From Patescibacteria group bacterium (GTDB taxonomy: Bacteria > Patescibacteriota > Minisyncoccia > Phycocordibacterales > UBA9973): DNA of 64,000 nt. Positions 1-10,252 of the stretch are shown here, piece by piece. Below the pieces are notes generated by a model, which saw nothing but the letters and a program-made list of their open reading frames with translations, ran no database searches and was not told the DNA's origin. The stretch's first letter is position 1, and each line of letters starts with the position of its first letter. The stretch is from contig JAZKIP010000008.1 of the NCBI GenBank assembly GCA_040384805.1, forward strand, positions 100,749-164,748. The letters are read 5' to 3'. The position numbers were made by a program, and so were the translations under genes.

Positions 1-477
1 AATGAGTCGGGCATCAGCGGGAATGCGATTGCCGTAGGAAAGCTTTATGATGTCTCCGGGGAAAAGCATTTCCGAATCAACTTCCTCTTCAAGACCTCCG
101 CGGATGACCCGAGACCGGTCTTTGATAAAGCTGCTTAATTTCTCAAGAGTGTTCTCGGCATGATATTCCCGATAGAATCCAAGTCCGACATTGACGAGCA
201 CCGCGAGGCTTATCACCCCTACCTCCACCCATTCGCCAAGGAGTCCGGTGATGACCGCTGCGCCTATGAGTATGAAGATAAGAGGACTTGTAAGCTGCTT
301 AAGAAAAATGACCAAAGCGCTTTTCTTTTCATATCTTTTAAATGCGTTCTTCCCGTACAAGGCAAGACGTTCTTCGATTTCGCCTTCCTGCAAGCCATCA
401 GGACTTGTCTTAAGCGCCGTAAAGATATCAGCAATATCGACAGACCATGGCTGCCGCAATAAATTATTATGTTCCAT
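1..477 (-). CDS. Cation-transporting P-type ATPase, N-terminal part (runs off the window)
   Basis: Not in the ORF track. Manual translation from ATG 477: MEHNNLLRQPW...GLQEGEIEERLALYGKN...FLKQLTSPLIFILIGAAVI...EYHAENTLEKL...PGDIIKLSYGNRIPADARL, i.e. Cation_ATPase_N plus actuator-domain motifs. Confidence 0.9.
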   Translation of the reverse strand, partial: MEHNNLLRQPWSVDIADIFTALKTSPDGLQEGEIEERLALYGKNAFKRYEKKSALVIFLKQLTSPLIFILIGAAVITGLLGEWVEVGVISLAVLVNVGLGFYREYHAENTLEKLSSFIKDRSRVIRGGLEEEVDSEMLFPGDIIKLSYGNRIPADARLI

Positions 478-513
478 GTCCTAACAATACCTTAAAAAGG
501 GATGAAGGGAAAG

Positions 514-948
514 TTATGCATCGAAAACATCGGTTTTCATTCTTTTCTTGACATGAGGAATGCGCGGAATGATGATCGCTGCCAATCCTGCGAAGCAAGC
601 GACAATATAAAAACCGTATCCGATCGCCATGCCGATGGCGCCTCCGAACCAGATGCTCGCGGCAGTCGTCAGATTCTTGACGTTTGCCCCTTCTTTGAGG
701 ATAAGGCCTGCTCCCAGGAATCCGATACCCGAGACGATCTGAGCTGCGATGCGCGATCTTGAGGCAGGGTCAACCATGCCGGAGAGAAATGTAAAAAGCA
801 TTGCTCCGCCGATGACGAAGATGTGCGTGCTGATGCCCGCGTCCTTTCCCCGGCTTTCACGCTCGGCTCCGATAAGATACCCAAGTAGCGTCGCAAGCGC
901 CATCTTGATGATGAACTCAACTTCTATGTTTGTAAAAAGCATTTCCAT
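514..948 (-). CDS. mgtC: MgtC/SapB family membrane protein
   Basis: Motifs GAERE..GKDAGISTH, RIAAQIVSGIGFLGAGLI and LTTAASIW. Confidence 0.9.
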   Translation of the reverse strand: MEMLFTNIEVEFIIKMALATLLGYLIGAERESRGKDAGISTHIFVIGGAMLFTFLSGMVDPASRSRIAAQIVSGIGFLGAGLILKEGANVKNLTTAASIWFGGAIGMAIGYGFYIVACFAGLAAIIIPRIPHVKKRMKTDVFDA

Positions 949-966
949 AAGGATTATATGAGAATC

Positions 967-2043
967 TTAATAGGGATAAACAAGGGCAAGGGAGGCGCGC
1001 GATCGCGGACCAAGAACTCCGTCGGAACTTAAGCCGGATGCCTTTTGGTATTCGATGAGAGCATTTGTGGTAAAGCCTCCGAACACGCCGTCCACTCCAT
1101 CTTGCGCAAGTGCCCGTGCAAGCGGACCCTTGTTAGCTTTGATAAGCGCCTCTTGGAGCCATCGTACATCATCGCCACGGCTTCCGGAGCGCAATGTTCG
1201 AAGAGATGAGACGGATGCTGCTGTCGGTGTTTGTTCGGAAAGAATGCGGGCAACCACAACCGGCACGGCTGTCACCCCGTTTGCCGGACCTGCCATAAAG
1301 ACACTTCGATAGAGAGTGACATTCGTTCGGGCCAATTCTTCGGCATTGCCGGAGACCTGATTGATGATCTTCGTAAAGGCATCGACTTTTTCCTTTATGG
1401 AAAATTCAAGCGTCAGTCGAGGAAAAGGATTGGTCGTATTATTTCCTTCCTGATCGCCATATCGTCCCTGATAGATACCGAAATGAAGATGTGTCGGACC
1501 GCCTGCGGCATTGCCTGTATTGCCGACATAGCCGATAAGATCTCCCGGTTCGAGCACCTGTCCTTCTTTCAGATTCTCCGCGAATTTGTCCAAGTGAGCG
1601 AAATAAAATCTCTCTCCTCCGGGATTGGCCGTAAAGACATAATTGCCGCCGTTTCCTCCGCTTGAAATAGTCGTGACGATCGCTTTCGTCGGGGACACAA
1701 CCAATGATCCCTTGGGAGCCATAATATCGATCCCCTCGTGAGTACGTCCGTCGGAGCGTGCATCTCCCCATGTATCTTCAAGATTCGAAAGTGCCACTCC
1801 GAAAAGGATCGGGATCTTCAGATTAACGACAGTGCTTTCGCTTTGGAGAGCATTGATCTGGCTATAGACAGGATTGCTTGATTGATACCGCGTGCTTTCT
1901 CTTTCTTGATAGCGCGTATTATAGGTGCGCCACGAATCTCCGCGAGCGGCATGCGCCACAGAGGCGAATGAAGCAGATCCAATAATAATAGAGAAGACAA
2001 AAAAGATAGAAACTGACTTTCTGAAAAATGTGATTTTATTCAT
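967..2043 (-). CDS. M23 family peptidase with C-terminal peptidoglycan-binding domain
   Basis: Signal peptide; HEGIDI and HLHFGI M23 zinc motifs; PG-binding repeats DGVFGGFT and DGVLGPRS. Start moved to ATG 2043, which has TATACT 6 nt upstream. Confidence 0.88.
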   Translation of the reverse strand: MNKITFFRKSVSIFFVFSIIIGSASFASVAHAARGDSWRTYNTRYQERESTRYQSSNPVYSQINALQSESTVVNLKIPILFGVALSNLEDTWGDARSDGRTHEGIDIMAPKGSLVVSPTKAIVTTISSGGNGGNYVFTANPGGERFYFAHLDKFAENLKEGQVLEPGDLIGYVGNTGNAAGGPTHLHFGIYQGRYGDQEGNNTTNPFPRLTLEFSIKEKVDAFTKIINQVSGNAEELARTNVTLYRSVFMAGPANGVTAVPVVVARILSEQTPTAASVSSLRTLRSGSRGDDVRWLQEALIKANKGPLARALAQDGVDGVFGGFTTNALIEYQKASGLSSDGVLGPRSRASLALVYPY

Positions 2044-2094
2044 ACTAACAGTATACCTTTTCTTAAAAAAGGATGGAATGGGCAAAGAAGAATG

Positions 2095-2832
2095 CTACTT
2101 CAGATACGCGCTTTTGACATAAGGAGCGAGTTCAGCGCGCGATATCGGAAAATCAACCGCGCCAAGTGCTCCCGGACCGATGGCGTATTTGCTGAAATAA
2201 ATTGTCAGACTTTCACCGTCGAGAGACCAGTTATCAAGGAGATCAAGAGTGATCGCATTAACATCTTCGGGAAATACCGGTTGCTCTTCCATTCCCTCGG
2301 GCCGCCATGCCAAGAGTTTCCCTTTGACGAATGATACGAATGAACTCTCTTTTCCGTCTATGAGAATATCTGTGAGAGAAATAATTTTTCCGCTTTTACG
2401 AGAAGATGTGAATACCTTATAAATACTATTGCCGTTCGCTCCGCCCGTATAGGCATATTCGTCGATGACAAGCGACTCCGTTGTCGTGCTTTCTCTATAG
2501 GTGGCATTCATATCGATCGTATAGTGCGAAGGAGGGCTGTCGGGGCCAAATTGCTCTCTCATAAGAGGAACATCTTCATTTGCCGTATCGGCGAATTCTG
2601 AAATGGTATCTGTGATATATTTCCGGGCCGTATCTGCAAGCGCTCCTGTGCCCGTGACAACAGGGTAGCTTCCTGAATAGTTCTTTTCCTTGATTTCCTT
2701 CACCTCTATAGATATAGGAACAGACTGGTCGCCCGTTTCAACGGGGGTCATCTTTTCCTGCCGATTCTTATATGCGAAAACAATTGATGCAACAATTATT
2801 ATTATTCCTACGAGTAAGATGATCTTTTTCAT
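2095..2832 (-). CDS. RsiV/DUF3298 family membrane-anchored protein
   Basis: N-terminal TM helix; YAYTGGANG motif; C-terminal YFSKYAIGPGALG. Confidence 0.75.
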   Translation of the reverse strand: MKKIILLVGIIIIVASIVFAYKNRQEKMTPVETGDQSVPISIEVKEIKEKNYSGSYPVVTGTGALADTARKYITDTISEFADTANEDVPLMREQFGPDSPPSHYTIDMNATYRESTTTESLVIDEYAYTGGANGNSIYKVFTSSRKSGKIISLTDILIDGKESSFVSFVKGKLLAWRPEGMEEQPVFPEDVNAITLDLLDNWSLDGESLTIYFSKYAIGPGALGAVDFPISRAELAPYVKSAYLK

Positions 2833-2923
2833 ATATTTATTTTAGCATATAAAGATCTTATTATCATTAAAATTGACTTTTACGGTAAAAAGTGATTTGA
2901 TTGAGAAAACAAAACTTTATACG

Positions 2924-3193
2924 ATGGGAAAAATACCTGTTACAGTAGTCGCATTTGGTCAAAGATATTTTTTTGAATCATTGGGTATGGATTTTGAGAT
3001 AGAAATTACAAAACTTCCTGATGACGCTGAAGGCAAAGCCCAAGCGAAGTATGTCGGCCTTCACAACAAGGAAGGCAACCATTGTCATTACGCTTTATCT
3101 CTTATGCCAGCAATCCAACAGATGGTCGATCGACAAGACACGATTGATCTGGAAACGGAATGTTTGCCGAGATTATGGCAGTATGCACTATGA
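2924..3193 (+). CDS. Hypothetical protein (orphan)
   Basis: ORF between a TTGACT promoter (2873) and a terminator hairpin (3210-3236). Confidence 0.55.
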   Translation: MGKIPVTVVAFGQRYFFESLGMDFEIEITKLPDDAEGKAQAKYVGLHNKEGNHCHYALSLMPAIQQMVDRQDTIDLETECLPRLWQYAL

Positions 3194-3209
3194 AATGAAT
3201 TAATTATGC

Positions 3210-3236
3210 GAAAGCCCCGAAAAATTCGGGGCTTTC
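3210..3236. terminator. Intrinsic terminator hairpin, probably bidirectional
   Basis: GAAAGCCCCGAA-aaa-TTCGGGGCTTTC between convergent genes. Confidence 0.75.
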
Positions 3237-3267
3237 TTATTTTAAAGCTTTAAATTTATATTTCAAC

Positions 3268-4128
3268 CTATTTGGTGAACATAATAGAGCCTGAATCCAT
3301 TGGAAGAAGGAGGACTAAATTGCCGGAAGCATCCACCATATAATGGTTCGCCTGAGCAATTTCGCCTGTGAATACCGATTCCTGTGAGCCCTCGCAGAAC
3401 ATCTTCGTAGATCCGATATTCTCGAACTTTATAACTCCGTCGGTTCCAATCGCATATGATGCGAAGAAGCTATTACAATCCGTCTTTCCTGTCGCCTTGC
3501 CGTCCGCACCGAGCGTGAGCGTAAATGCGCCTGCTTTTTTGGGAGTAATGACCGTATCATTGTTCATGACTGTCTTCTGCCATATCCAAGTTTTCCCCTG
3601 AATTGCCGAAGCGCTTGCTACTGGCGCGCTTCCTGCTGGAAGCTTACCTTGGACAACGGCTGCACTTGTACAATCCGGAGTTGCTTTGAAGACAGCATTG
3701 CTTTCGTATATAACTGTATTGATATCCGTGAAGCGCGTTCCTGTCGCATCAAGATCGCCGTATCCGCGGATAAAGCCTTCGCCTGTTTTCTTAAATATGA
3801 CTTGCATCACAGAGTCCATCCCTTCTGACTGGAATGAATAATCTCCGAGAAGTATGCCATTGCTATATGTACCCGTGTATGTTCCGCTTGAACTGTCCTT
3901 TTCGAAGTTCTTGAAGCGAAGCGTACCTTTGAATGACTGCCCTTCCTGAGAAAGAATGTTGAGCGTATAGACGTCTTTCGCGAGAGTAGCTACGTAGCAT
4001 CCTTGGATTGAATCTTCCTGTGTCACAATCGGCTCGTTTGAGGGAACATCCTTTGTCTTGTAATGAATAACTGCACCTATGATTATTATAATGATTACTG
4101 CAATGATTATTTTTGAACTGTTTGTCAT
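3268..4128 (-). CDS. META (HslJ-like) domain protein, membrane-anchored
   Basis: C-terminal GKTDCNSFFASY...IGSTKMFC matches the META pattern; N-terminal TM helix. Confidence 0.8.
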   Translation of the reverse strand: MTNSSKIIIAVIIIIIIGAVIHYKTKDVPSNEPIVTQEDSIQGCYVATLAKDVYTLNILSQEGQSFKGTLRFKNFEKDSSSGTYTGTYSNGILLGDYSFQSEGMDSVMQVIFKKTGEGFIRGYGDLDATGTRFTDINTVIYESNAVFKATPDCTSAAVVQGKLPAGSAPVASASAIQGKTWIWQKTVMNNDTVITPKKAGAFTLTLGADGKATGKTDCNSFFASYAIGTDGVIKFENIGSTKMFCEGSQESVFTGEIAQANHYMVDASGNLVLLLPMDSGSIMFTK

Positions 4129-4175
4129 ACGTACATTATATCACAGCGGCAACATGATGGGCGTAATATGCTCTA

Positions 4176-4649
4176 TTACCCTTCATCTTCATCAAACCTC
4201 TCATGATTAATTCTTGAAGCCTCCAATTCCCTTACATCGCCTGCAACTTCTTCCCATTTGCTATCCATTGGAACAAAGAGCTTTTTCAGAAGTTCTCTGT
4301 TGGAAATATTTACGTAGTATTTGGGTTCGAAAGATTGTTTCTCGCTATTGCTTTCTATTTTCTGTATATCTTCGCCCCATGCGTTCCCTTCAATAAGAAC
4401 TTTAACACGATGGAGGATAGCGGAAGATGACAAAGAAAGAGAACCGAATGAGGAATTATACCCCTCTATCAGTGAGCTTAATTTTGCGTATTTAACTGTT
4501 TGCCCGTTTATATCCTCTTCCACTGACGTTTCCATGTCTTTAAGAGAAGAAAGAAACTCATTGAATTTTTCTTCATACGGGTACCGTTCGAATCCGTCCG
4601 TAGATGCAGGGTCCGGCTTTATAATTCTTTCCCAATTTTCTTTGTACAT
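4176..4649 (-). CDS. Hypothetical protein
   Basis: 157-aa ORF co-oriented with its neighbours. Confidence 0.6.
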   Translation of the reverse strand: MYKENWERIIKPDPASTDGFERYPYEEKFNEFLSSLKDMETSVEEDINGQTVKYAKLSSLIEGYNSSFGSLSLSSSAILHRVKVLIEGNAWGEDIQKIESNSEKQSFEPKYYVNISNRELLKKLFVPMDSKWEEVAGDVRELEASRINHERFDEDEG

Positions 4650-4656
4650 TTTTAAA

Positions 4657-5193
4657 TTATATCATATCTAAGTTCTTCACAACCCTTTCCAGCAAATATG
4701 GAAATTCCTTTGCGTTGAAATGCTTTTCGATATCAATTGTCTGCATTTCCACGCCTAATCCACGGGCAACTTTATCCACATCTTCAAGCGGAACATGAGG
4801 ATCATTCGCGGAAGCAAGAATTTCGAAACGCGGGCAATGTTTCTTTATAGTATCCCAATCAAAATCATCGCTGAAGAAAAAGGATTCTTCCAAGACTTTC
4901 CACCCAAGATCGTGAAGAAAAGGAGCACAGAGATATACCCGTTTGGCATGATGTCCTCGTTCAAGCATCCGCAATATCAATACAGCTCCAAGGCTATGCC
5001 CGATCAATATTGTATCGGGCCCTGTTTTGAAAGACGATACATCTGCAAGCCATGTATTTAAGTCAGGATAATCAGGATTGGACAACTGGGGAACGGTCGT
5101 TTCGACTCCCCTTTTCTCAAGTTCTGCCGCAAGCCATGGGAACCAATTTTCTTGGGGATTCCCTTCTGTACCATGGAAAATATATGCATTCAT
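4657..5193 (-). CDS. RBBP9/YdeN family alpha/beta hydrolase
   Basis: HGTEGNPQENWFPWL, GHSLG nucleophile motif, NDPHVP, HFN. Confidence 0.88.
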   Translation of the reverse strand: MNAYIFHGTEGNPQENWFPWLAAELEKRGVETTVPQLSNPDYPDLNTWLADVSSFKTGPDTILIGHSLGAVLILRMLERGHHAKRVYLCAPFLHDLGWKVLEESFFFSDDFDWDTIKKHCPRFEILASANDPHVPLEDVDKVARGLGVEMQTIDIEKHFNAKEFPYLLERVVKNLDMI

Positions 5194-5199
5194 AATTAA

Positions 5200-5994
5200 T
5201 TACGATACGCGCTTGCGGAACAAATATCCCGATACAGGAATGGCGATGATGATAATGACTATGCACCATACGGCCGCGATCCATGCATGATCGCCTACGG
5301 GCGTACCTACCATATAACCGCGCATCGCTTCGATCACATGAGTTACCGGCTGATTTTCAGCGAAGATCCGGAGACCTTTCGGCATGCCGTCGGTCGGAAC
5401 GAATGCGCTTGAGGCGAACGTAAGCGGAAAAACGAACATAAAGCCCATCCACTGGACCGCTTCGACGGATTTGGCAATGAGGCCGAGAATTGCCGAGAGC
5501 CATGAGAATGCAAGGGTAAAAAGGAGAAGCATCCCGAGAGCCATAAGCCATTCGGTGAATGTGGCCGTCGGTCGGAAACCGACAAGGAGACCGACCAAGA
5601 TCATGACGACCGAGGAAATAGTATTGCGCGCAAGATCCGCAACCACGTGACCGACCAGAACGGTCGAGCTTGCCATAGGCAACGACTTGAAACGGTCGAT
5701 GATTCCCCGCTTAAGATCCGCCGCTACGTTGATCGAGGTTGTTGTCGCGCCGAACGCCGCCATCTGAATGAGGATTCCAGCAACGAGGAAATTAACATAC
5801 GTCGTTCCTTCGGTATGAATAGCCCCGCCGAATACATATCGGAAAAGAAGCAGGAACATAATAGGCTGAAGAGCAAGCGACATCAACTGGTCGAGATTCT
5901 TGAAGATATGCGTGAGACTCCGCTTGATAAGAACGATACAATCGCTCACTACCCAATACAGCGACGAATGTTTTTTTGAAGAAGAATTATTCAT
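5200..5994 (-). CDS. ABC-2 exporter permease (DrrB-like)
   Basis: Six TM helices; GIIDRFKSLPM and FASSAFVPTDGMP. Confidence 0.88.
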   Translation of the reverse strand: MNNSSSKKHSSLYWVVSDCIVLIKRSLTHIFKNLDQLMSLALQPIMFLLLFRYVFGGAIHTEGTTYVNFLVAGILIQMAAFGATTTSINVAADLKRGIIDRFKSLPMASSTVLVGHVVADLARNTISSVVMILVGLLVGFRPTATFTEWLMALGMLLLFTLAFSWLSAILGLIAKSVEAVQWMGFMFVFPLTFASSAFVPTDGMPKGLRIFAENQPVTHVIEAMRGYMVGTPVGDHAWIAAVWCIVIIIIAIPVSGYLFRKRVS

Positions 5995-6952
5995 TGTTTT
6001 TTATGTTAGTGCCTGTGTCAGTTTCATGACCGGTGAGATTGAGAAATACATCGTCAAGAGTCGGCTTATGGAGAGACATGCTTTCGATATCGATCCCCGC
6101 CGCTTCCATCGCATTGAGAATCTGCGTGACTTCTTTCACTCCTTTTTCGATCGGCACGATGATACTCTGATCAGCCGCGCGTACAGTCACAGACTTGCCG
6201 GCAAAGAGACGCTCGGCAGCCGGAAGATCGCTCTCTTGTGAGAGTATCAATTCAAGGCGATTCTTGCCGACCTTATTTTTCAGTTCATCGGCTGTTCCCT
6301 CGGCGATCACTTTTCCGTGATCGATGACAGCAATACGGTCTGCAAGCTTATCCGCTTCTTCGAGGTATTGGGTTGTCAGAAGAATCGTCGCTCCCTCTTT
6401 TTTAAGATCCTCTATGATCTCCCACATTGACATGCGGCTTCGCGGATCAAGCCCTGTCGTCGGCTCATCAAGAAATATGATCGGAGGAGTCGCCACGAGG
6501 CTCGCTGCAAGATCAAGCCGCCTGCGCATTCCTCCGGAATATGTCTTCGCCGCGCGGCCGGAAGCCTCGACGAGATCAAAACGCACCAGGAGTTCCTTTG
6601 CTCTTTCTTTGCTTTCCGCTTTGCTTAAATGATACAGGCGGCCCATCATTTCCAGATTCTCGCGGCCGGTAAGATATTCGTCGATCGCTGCGTATTGGCC
6701 GGTGAGTCCGATGATCGTGCGCACATCGTCCGCTTCTTTGACCACATCGAAGCCGTTGACTCGCACATCGCCACTATCGGGCTTCAAGAGAGTGCTTAAT
6801 ATCTTAACTGTCGTTGTTTTCCCTGCGCCATTGGGACCGAGTAGCGCAAGCATCGTGCCACGCTTGATGGAAAGATTGATGCCTTCGAGAACTTTTACAT
6901 CCTTGAAGGATTTCGTCAGATTAGTAATACTGATAGCGATATCGTCATTCAT
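5987..6952 (-). CDS. ABC exporter ATP-binding subunit (DrrA-like)
   Basis: Walker A GPNGAGKT, signature YSGGMRRRL, FLDEPTTGLDP, C-terminal PTLDDVFL. Confidence 0.92.
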   Translation of the reverse strand: MNDDIAISITNLTKSFKDVKVLEGINLSIKRGTMLALLGPNGAGKTTTVKILSTLLKPDSGDVRVNGFDVVKEADDVRTIIGLTGQYAAIDEYLTGRENLEMMGRLYHLSKAESKERAKELLVRFDLVEASGRAAKTYSGGMRRRLDLAASLVATPPIIFLDEPTTGLDPRSRMSMWEIIEDLKKEGATILLTTQYLEEADKLADRIAVIDHGKVIAEGTADELKNKVGKNRLELILSQESDLPAAERLFAGKSVTVRAADQSIIVPIEKGVKEVTQILNAMEAAGIDIESMSLHKPTLDDVFLNLTGHETDTGTNIKNNE

Positions 6953-7123
6953 ATGGAATCATTGTACCTCATAAAGTGTCATATGTTAAAAGAAGAAATA
7001 CTAACATATCCACAAAGCATTCGTCTTACGCATATCAATTATAAGGAATTGCATCTTGCTCAAGAATCGCGCCGTAATTTAAAAGATCCTCCTTGATTTA
7101 TTTCAAGGAGGATCTCAAATGAT

Positions 7124-7693
7124 TTACGCTTCAACCAACGTTGTAACAGGTTTTCCATTGATGGCCAGAGGAACTGATGCAGAATCATACCATTGATAGG
7201 AGGTAATCCATTCATATCTGCTTGAGGAAGAATGGAGCTCCTGAGCCTTTTTCTTGAGATCGGCAAAATAATGGATCAGCATATTGTCCCAGGAAAGGGG
7301 AACCGACTGTATCAAATTTTCTACCCTCGTTTCCAAATGATAGACGATACCTTCATGACCTTCATGGTTTCCTTCTTCAATACGATGGAGCGGGTAACAG
7401 ATCGTTCTGATCATGCCGAAGGCAGGAAGATAGTCCACCTGTGTATTATCTGGAAGTTTTTCCGGGCAAGAAAGGAGTAAGAAGACCACCACCTCGTTTC
7501 GACGAGGGCGATAATCAATAAGCATAACCGCAGGCCGTTTCCCCTCCTTGCCTTTAGGCAGATGGGCAAACGTGACTGTTATCCCGAGATAATGATTGTA
7601 GGAAAGTGTGCCAGTCTTGATGTCGGTTATCCCCTTTTCTTTGAGATACTCTTCAAAAAGAACGTAGGGCAGATCGTATAAGGTTTTTTGCAT
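7124..7693 (-). CDS. Hypothetical protein (orphan)
   Basis: 189-aa ORF with a minus-strand TTGACA at 7741-7746. Confidence 0.6.
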   Translation of the reverse strand: MQKTLYDLPYVLFEEYLKEKGITDIKTGTLSYNHYLGITVTFAHLPKGKEGKRPAVMLIDYRPRRNEVVVFLLLSCPEKLPDNTQVDYLPAFGMIRTICYPLHRIEEGNHEGHEGIVYHLETRVENLIQSVPLSWDNMLIHYFADLKKKAQELHSSSSRYEWITSYQWYDSASVPLAINGKPVTTLVEA

Positions 7694-7835
7694 AACAAAA
7701 TGTTTTAGTTCATATAAACAGTACTACACTTAAGAGTCCGTGTCAAAAAGGGATTTTGAAGCTCCGAGGAGTTTCTTTGGAAAAAGAAATCCGTGGAACT
7801 ATGTTCCACGGATGTGAGAGAAACGAGACCAAAGA

Positions 7836-8567
7836 TCATTGCCACACGACTTCCCGGATACCGCATATGGCCCAGGAATTGGCAGGTTTGTCCAGAGAGA
7901 TGATAACTTTGCCTGCGCCTGACATAAGAACAGGGAGATGGATCATGCCGGCTTTTTCATCGAGAAACATCCCAGATGAATTGTGAACATTACCCCAAAA
8001 GCGGACACAGGGCACATAACCCAAAGAATGGCGGGATCCTGAACATAAGGTGACAGTCTGCAAATCAGGATGCACGCCTGTCTCTTTATAGAAAACTGCT
8101 TCGTAGAGAAGGCGCTCACAGAGCGTCATCCCTGTTAGTCGGGCCGAATCTACCGATGCCGCCGGCCATCCCATGTACTCTGGATCGGGACTGTCGAGCA
8201 CCCATAGTGCATACGGACGCGGGATAGCACGGATATCGTACACGACGGTATCCAAGTCGCCATCAATGACATTTTTAACTTGAAAGATATCACTCAAGGC
8301 TCGCGTCGCTTTCTTAAGCGTCAATCCCTTGCCGACGATCAGCAGCCTCCAATTTCCGGAAGGACGGGCAGGAATAACAACGCTACTGAAATCCTCTGTC
8401 AAGGAAAAGCAGTAAGAGTAAAACTTTTCCCACGATGTCCGAGAGTAAGATTGACCCCCCTCCCCCTTTAATGCAAAACTCCATTCCCCTAAAGCTGATA
8501 ACGGAATGGTGTCTCCGGGAGCCGGCATACAGAGAGCCCAGATGCCAAGGCTTAAAAGCATATTCAT
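7836..8567 (-). CDS. Hypothetical protein, possible C-type-lectin-like fold
   Basis: GMTLCERLLYE..YKETG.H.D...TLCSGSR...G.VP.V and C-terminal GIREVV resemble a CPR family related to DGR-type variable proteins (recalled, not searched). Confidence 0.55.
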   Translation of the reverse strand: MNMLLSLGIWALCMPAPGDTIPLSALGEWSFALKGEGGQSYSRTSWEKFYSYCFSLTEDFSSVVIPARPSGNWRLLIVGKGLTLKKATRALSDIFQVKNVIDGDLDTVVYDIRAIPRPYALWVLDSPDPEYMGWPAASVDSARLTGMTLCERLLYEAVFYKETGVHPDLQTVTLCSGSRHSLGYVPCVRFWGNVHNSSGMFLDEKAGMIHLPVLMSGAGKVIISLDKPANSWAICGIREVVWQ

Positions 8568-8671
8568 AATTCATCCTCCTTTTGTTTTATATGAAAAGAA
8601 AATAATATCTATCCATAGATTAGATTATATCTATGCTTTGTCAAGTTTCGTGCAAAAAAAAGATCAGAGGA

Positions 8672-9442
8672 TTACTTCGCGCGATACCAGTCCGCCACGA
8701 TAACTTCGATGGAAGGATCTCCAGTATTCACAAGTTCCTTGAATCGATTCATATCGGCCAATCCATCCTGCTGTCGGAAGTGGTATGGATAGACAATTTT
8801 GGGCTTGAACTCAAGAACGGCATCGGCAGCTTCGTCGACGCTCATGGTATAGGGAAGATTCATCGGGACAAATGCGATATCGATATTTTTCAATGCGCGC
8901 ATTTCGGACGTTCCGGCAGTGTCTCCTGCTATATAAACCCGGAAGTTGTCTTTTTCTATGATATAGCCGTTGCCGCGGCCGGGAGTGTGATAGTTTGCAT
9001 TCTCCGCTTCGGGAAGATTGTACATAGGGACTGCGGTAATCGTAAATCCCTGTTCTTGCATAGTCTCTCCGTTTTTCATAACTCTTGTACGAGACACAAG
9101 TTCCTGGGGCAACTGGTCTATAACCCCTTGCGGAGCGATAATGACGGCATCGCCCGCCAAACCCTCAAGCGTCGATGCGGAAAAATGATCCTGATGAATG
9201 TCAGTGACAAAAACAACATTTGCGGTTGGTTTCCCTGCAAAAAGAGAAGAAACGCCGACCGGGTCCATATAGATAGTTTTATCTCCCCAGACAAGAATGC
9301 CGCTCGCGTGTTCGACAGGAATAACTTCAACAGGATTATCCGTTATGTGTGTCTTTGTATCCATAGAATTATTACGGTCGAAAATAATAAATCCAGCTAC
9401 TGCTAACATGAGGATTAAAACAATAATTGTTGGTGTTTTCAT
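8672..9442 (-). CDS. MBL-fold metallo-hydrolase (UlaG-like), membrane-anchored
   Basis: TDIHQDH, HTPGRGNGY, YIAGDT, VPMNLPYTM, PYH. Confidence 0.88.
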   Translation of the reverse strand: MKTPTIIVLILMLAVAGFIIFDRNNSMDTKTHITDNPVEVIPVEHASGILVWGDKTIYMDPVGVSSLFAGKPTANVVFVTDIHQDHFSASTLEGLAGDAVIIAPQGVIDQLPQELVSRTRVMKNGETMQEQGFTITAVPMYNLPEAENANYHTPGRGNGYIIEKDNFRVYIAGDTAGTSEMRALKNIDIAFVPMNLPYTMSVDEAADAVLEFKPKIVYPYHFRQQDGLADMNRFKELVNTGDPSIEVIVADWYRAK

Positions 9443-9510
9443 CCTTTTATTGTAACTCTCACGTGCAATTTTTGGCAAGAGTACAAGCGAACATCCTCAG
9501 TTCGGAAAAT

Positions 9511-10188
9511 TTAACTTTCAAGAACTCTCAAGAGTCTTCCGCCGATCTTCTGTGGCGACAGAAGATCGACATGCGTAAACCCGGACAATTCTATTAACTC
9601 TCCTTTATAGTCCTGCCGCGCATAATGCGGATTCACCAACTCATCGTCAAGAGAATAGAAACCGATGAATTTCGTTGTCGCAGGATCAGGTTGTACGATC
9701 GGTTTCCATTCTCTGTAGCCGAGAAAAACCAATCGAAACCATACATCTATATACCATTGCACGTGATATGGTTTCAGTTTTACTTTTGGTTTTAGGGATG
9801 AAAGCGGACTGCCTGCGGTGATCACTTCGCAGACTATATCTGGATAAAGCTTTTTAATTTCGTGAGCTGTTATGCAGGCGACCCGGCCTCCGAAACTGTG
9901 GCCGAAGAATGTGACTTTCGTGATCTTTCCTTTCTGTAATAACTTTTCATCCACATATCCGATGACCCCCGCAACGGTCGTATTGAGAGTCAATAGATTC
10001 AATCCCTCCGGTACGGCAGTAGCGGCATAGCCATTCCTTCGCAAGAATCTCACAAGCGGATATAAAAACCGCGGATATCCTCCGAGTCCGGCTAAGAGTA
10101 TTACTTGCTCTTGCACCTCGGTATCAAACGCGCATTCACTTCTTTTTTTTATCAGCCAGCGCTCGAGTTTATAAATTATTTTTCGCAT
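9511..10188 (-). CDS. Alpha/beta hydrolase (lipase/esterase-like)
   Basis: GHSFGG nucleophile motif, ITAGSP, DELV, THV. Confidence 0.8.
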   Translation of the reverse strand: MRKIIYKLERWLIKKRSECAFDTEVQEQVILLAGLGGYPRFLYPLVRFLRRNGYAATAVPEGLNLLTLNTTVAGVIGYVDEKLLQKGKITKVTFFGHSFGGRVACITAHEIKKLYPDIVCEVITAGSPLSSLKPKVKLKPYHVQWYIDVWFRLVFLGYREWKPIVQPDPATTKFIGFYSLDDELVNPHYARQDYKGELIELSGFTHVDLLSPQKIGGRLLRVLES

Positions 10189-10252
10189 AAAAGGATATGA
10201 ACTAAATACTCTTTGAAAAGGAAGCGTATATTTTTTACTATTTTATGTAGCA

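Noticed and set aside
8633-9406. 257-aa + strand ORF
   Set aside because: Antisense shadow of the MBL hydrolase.
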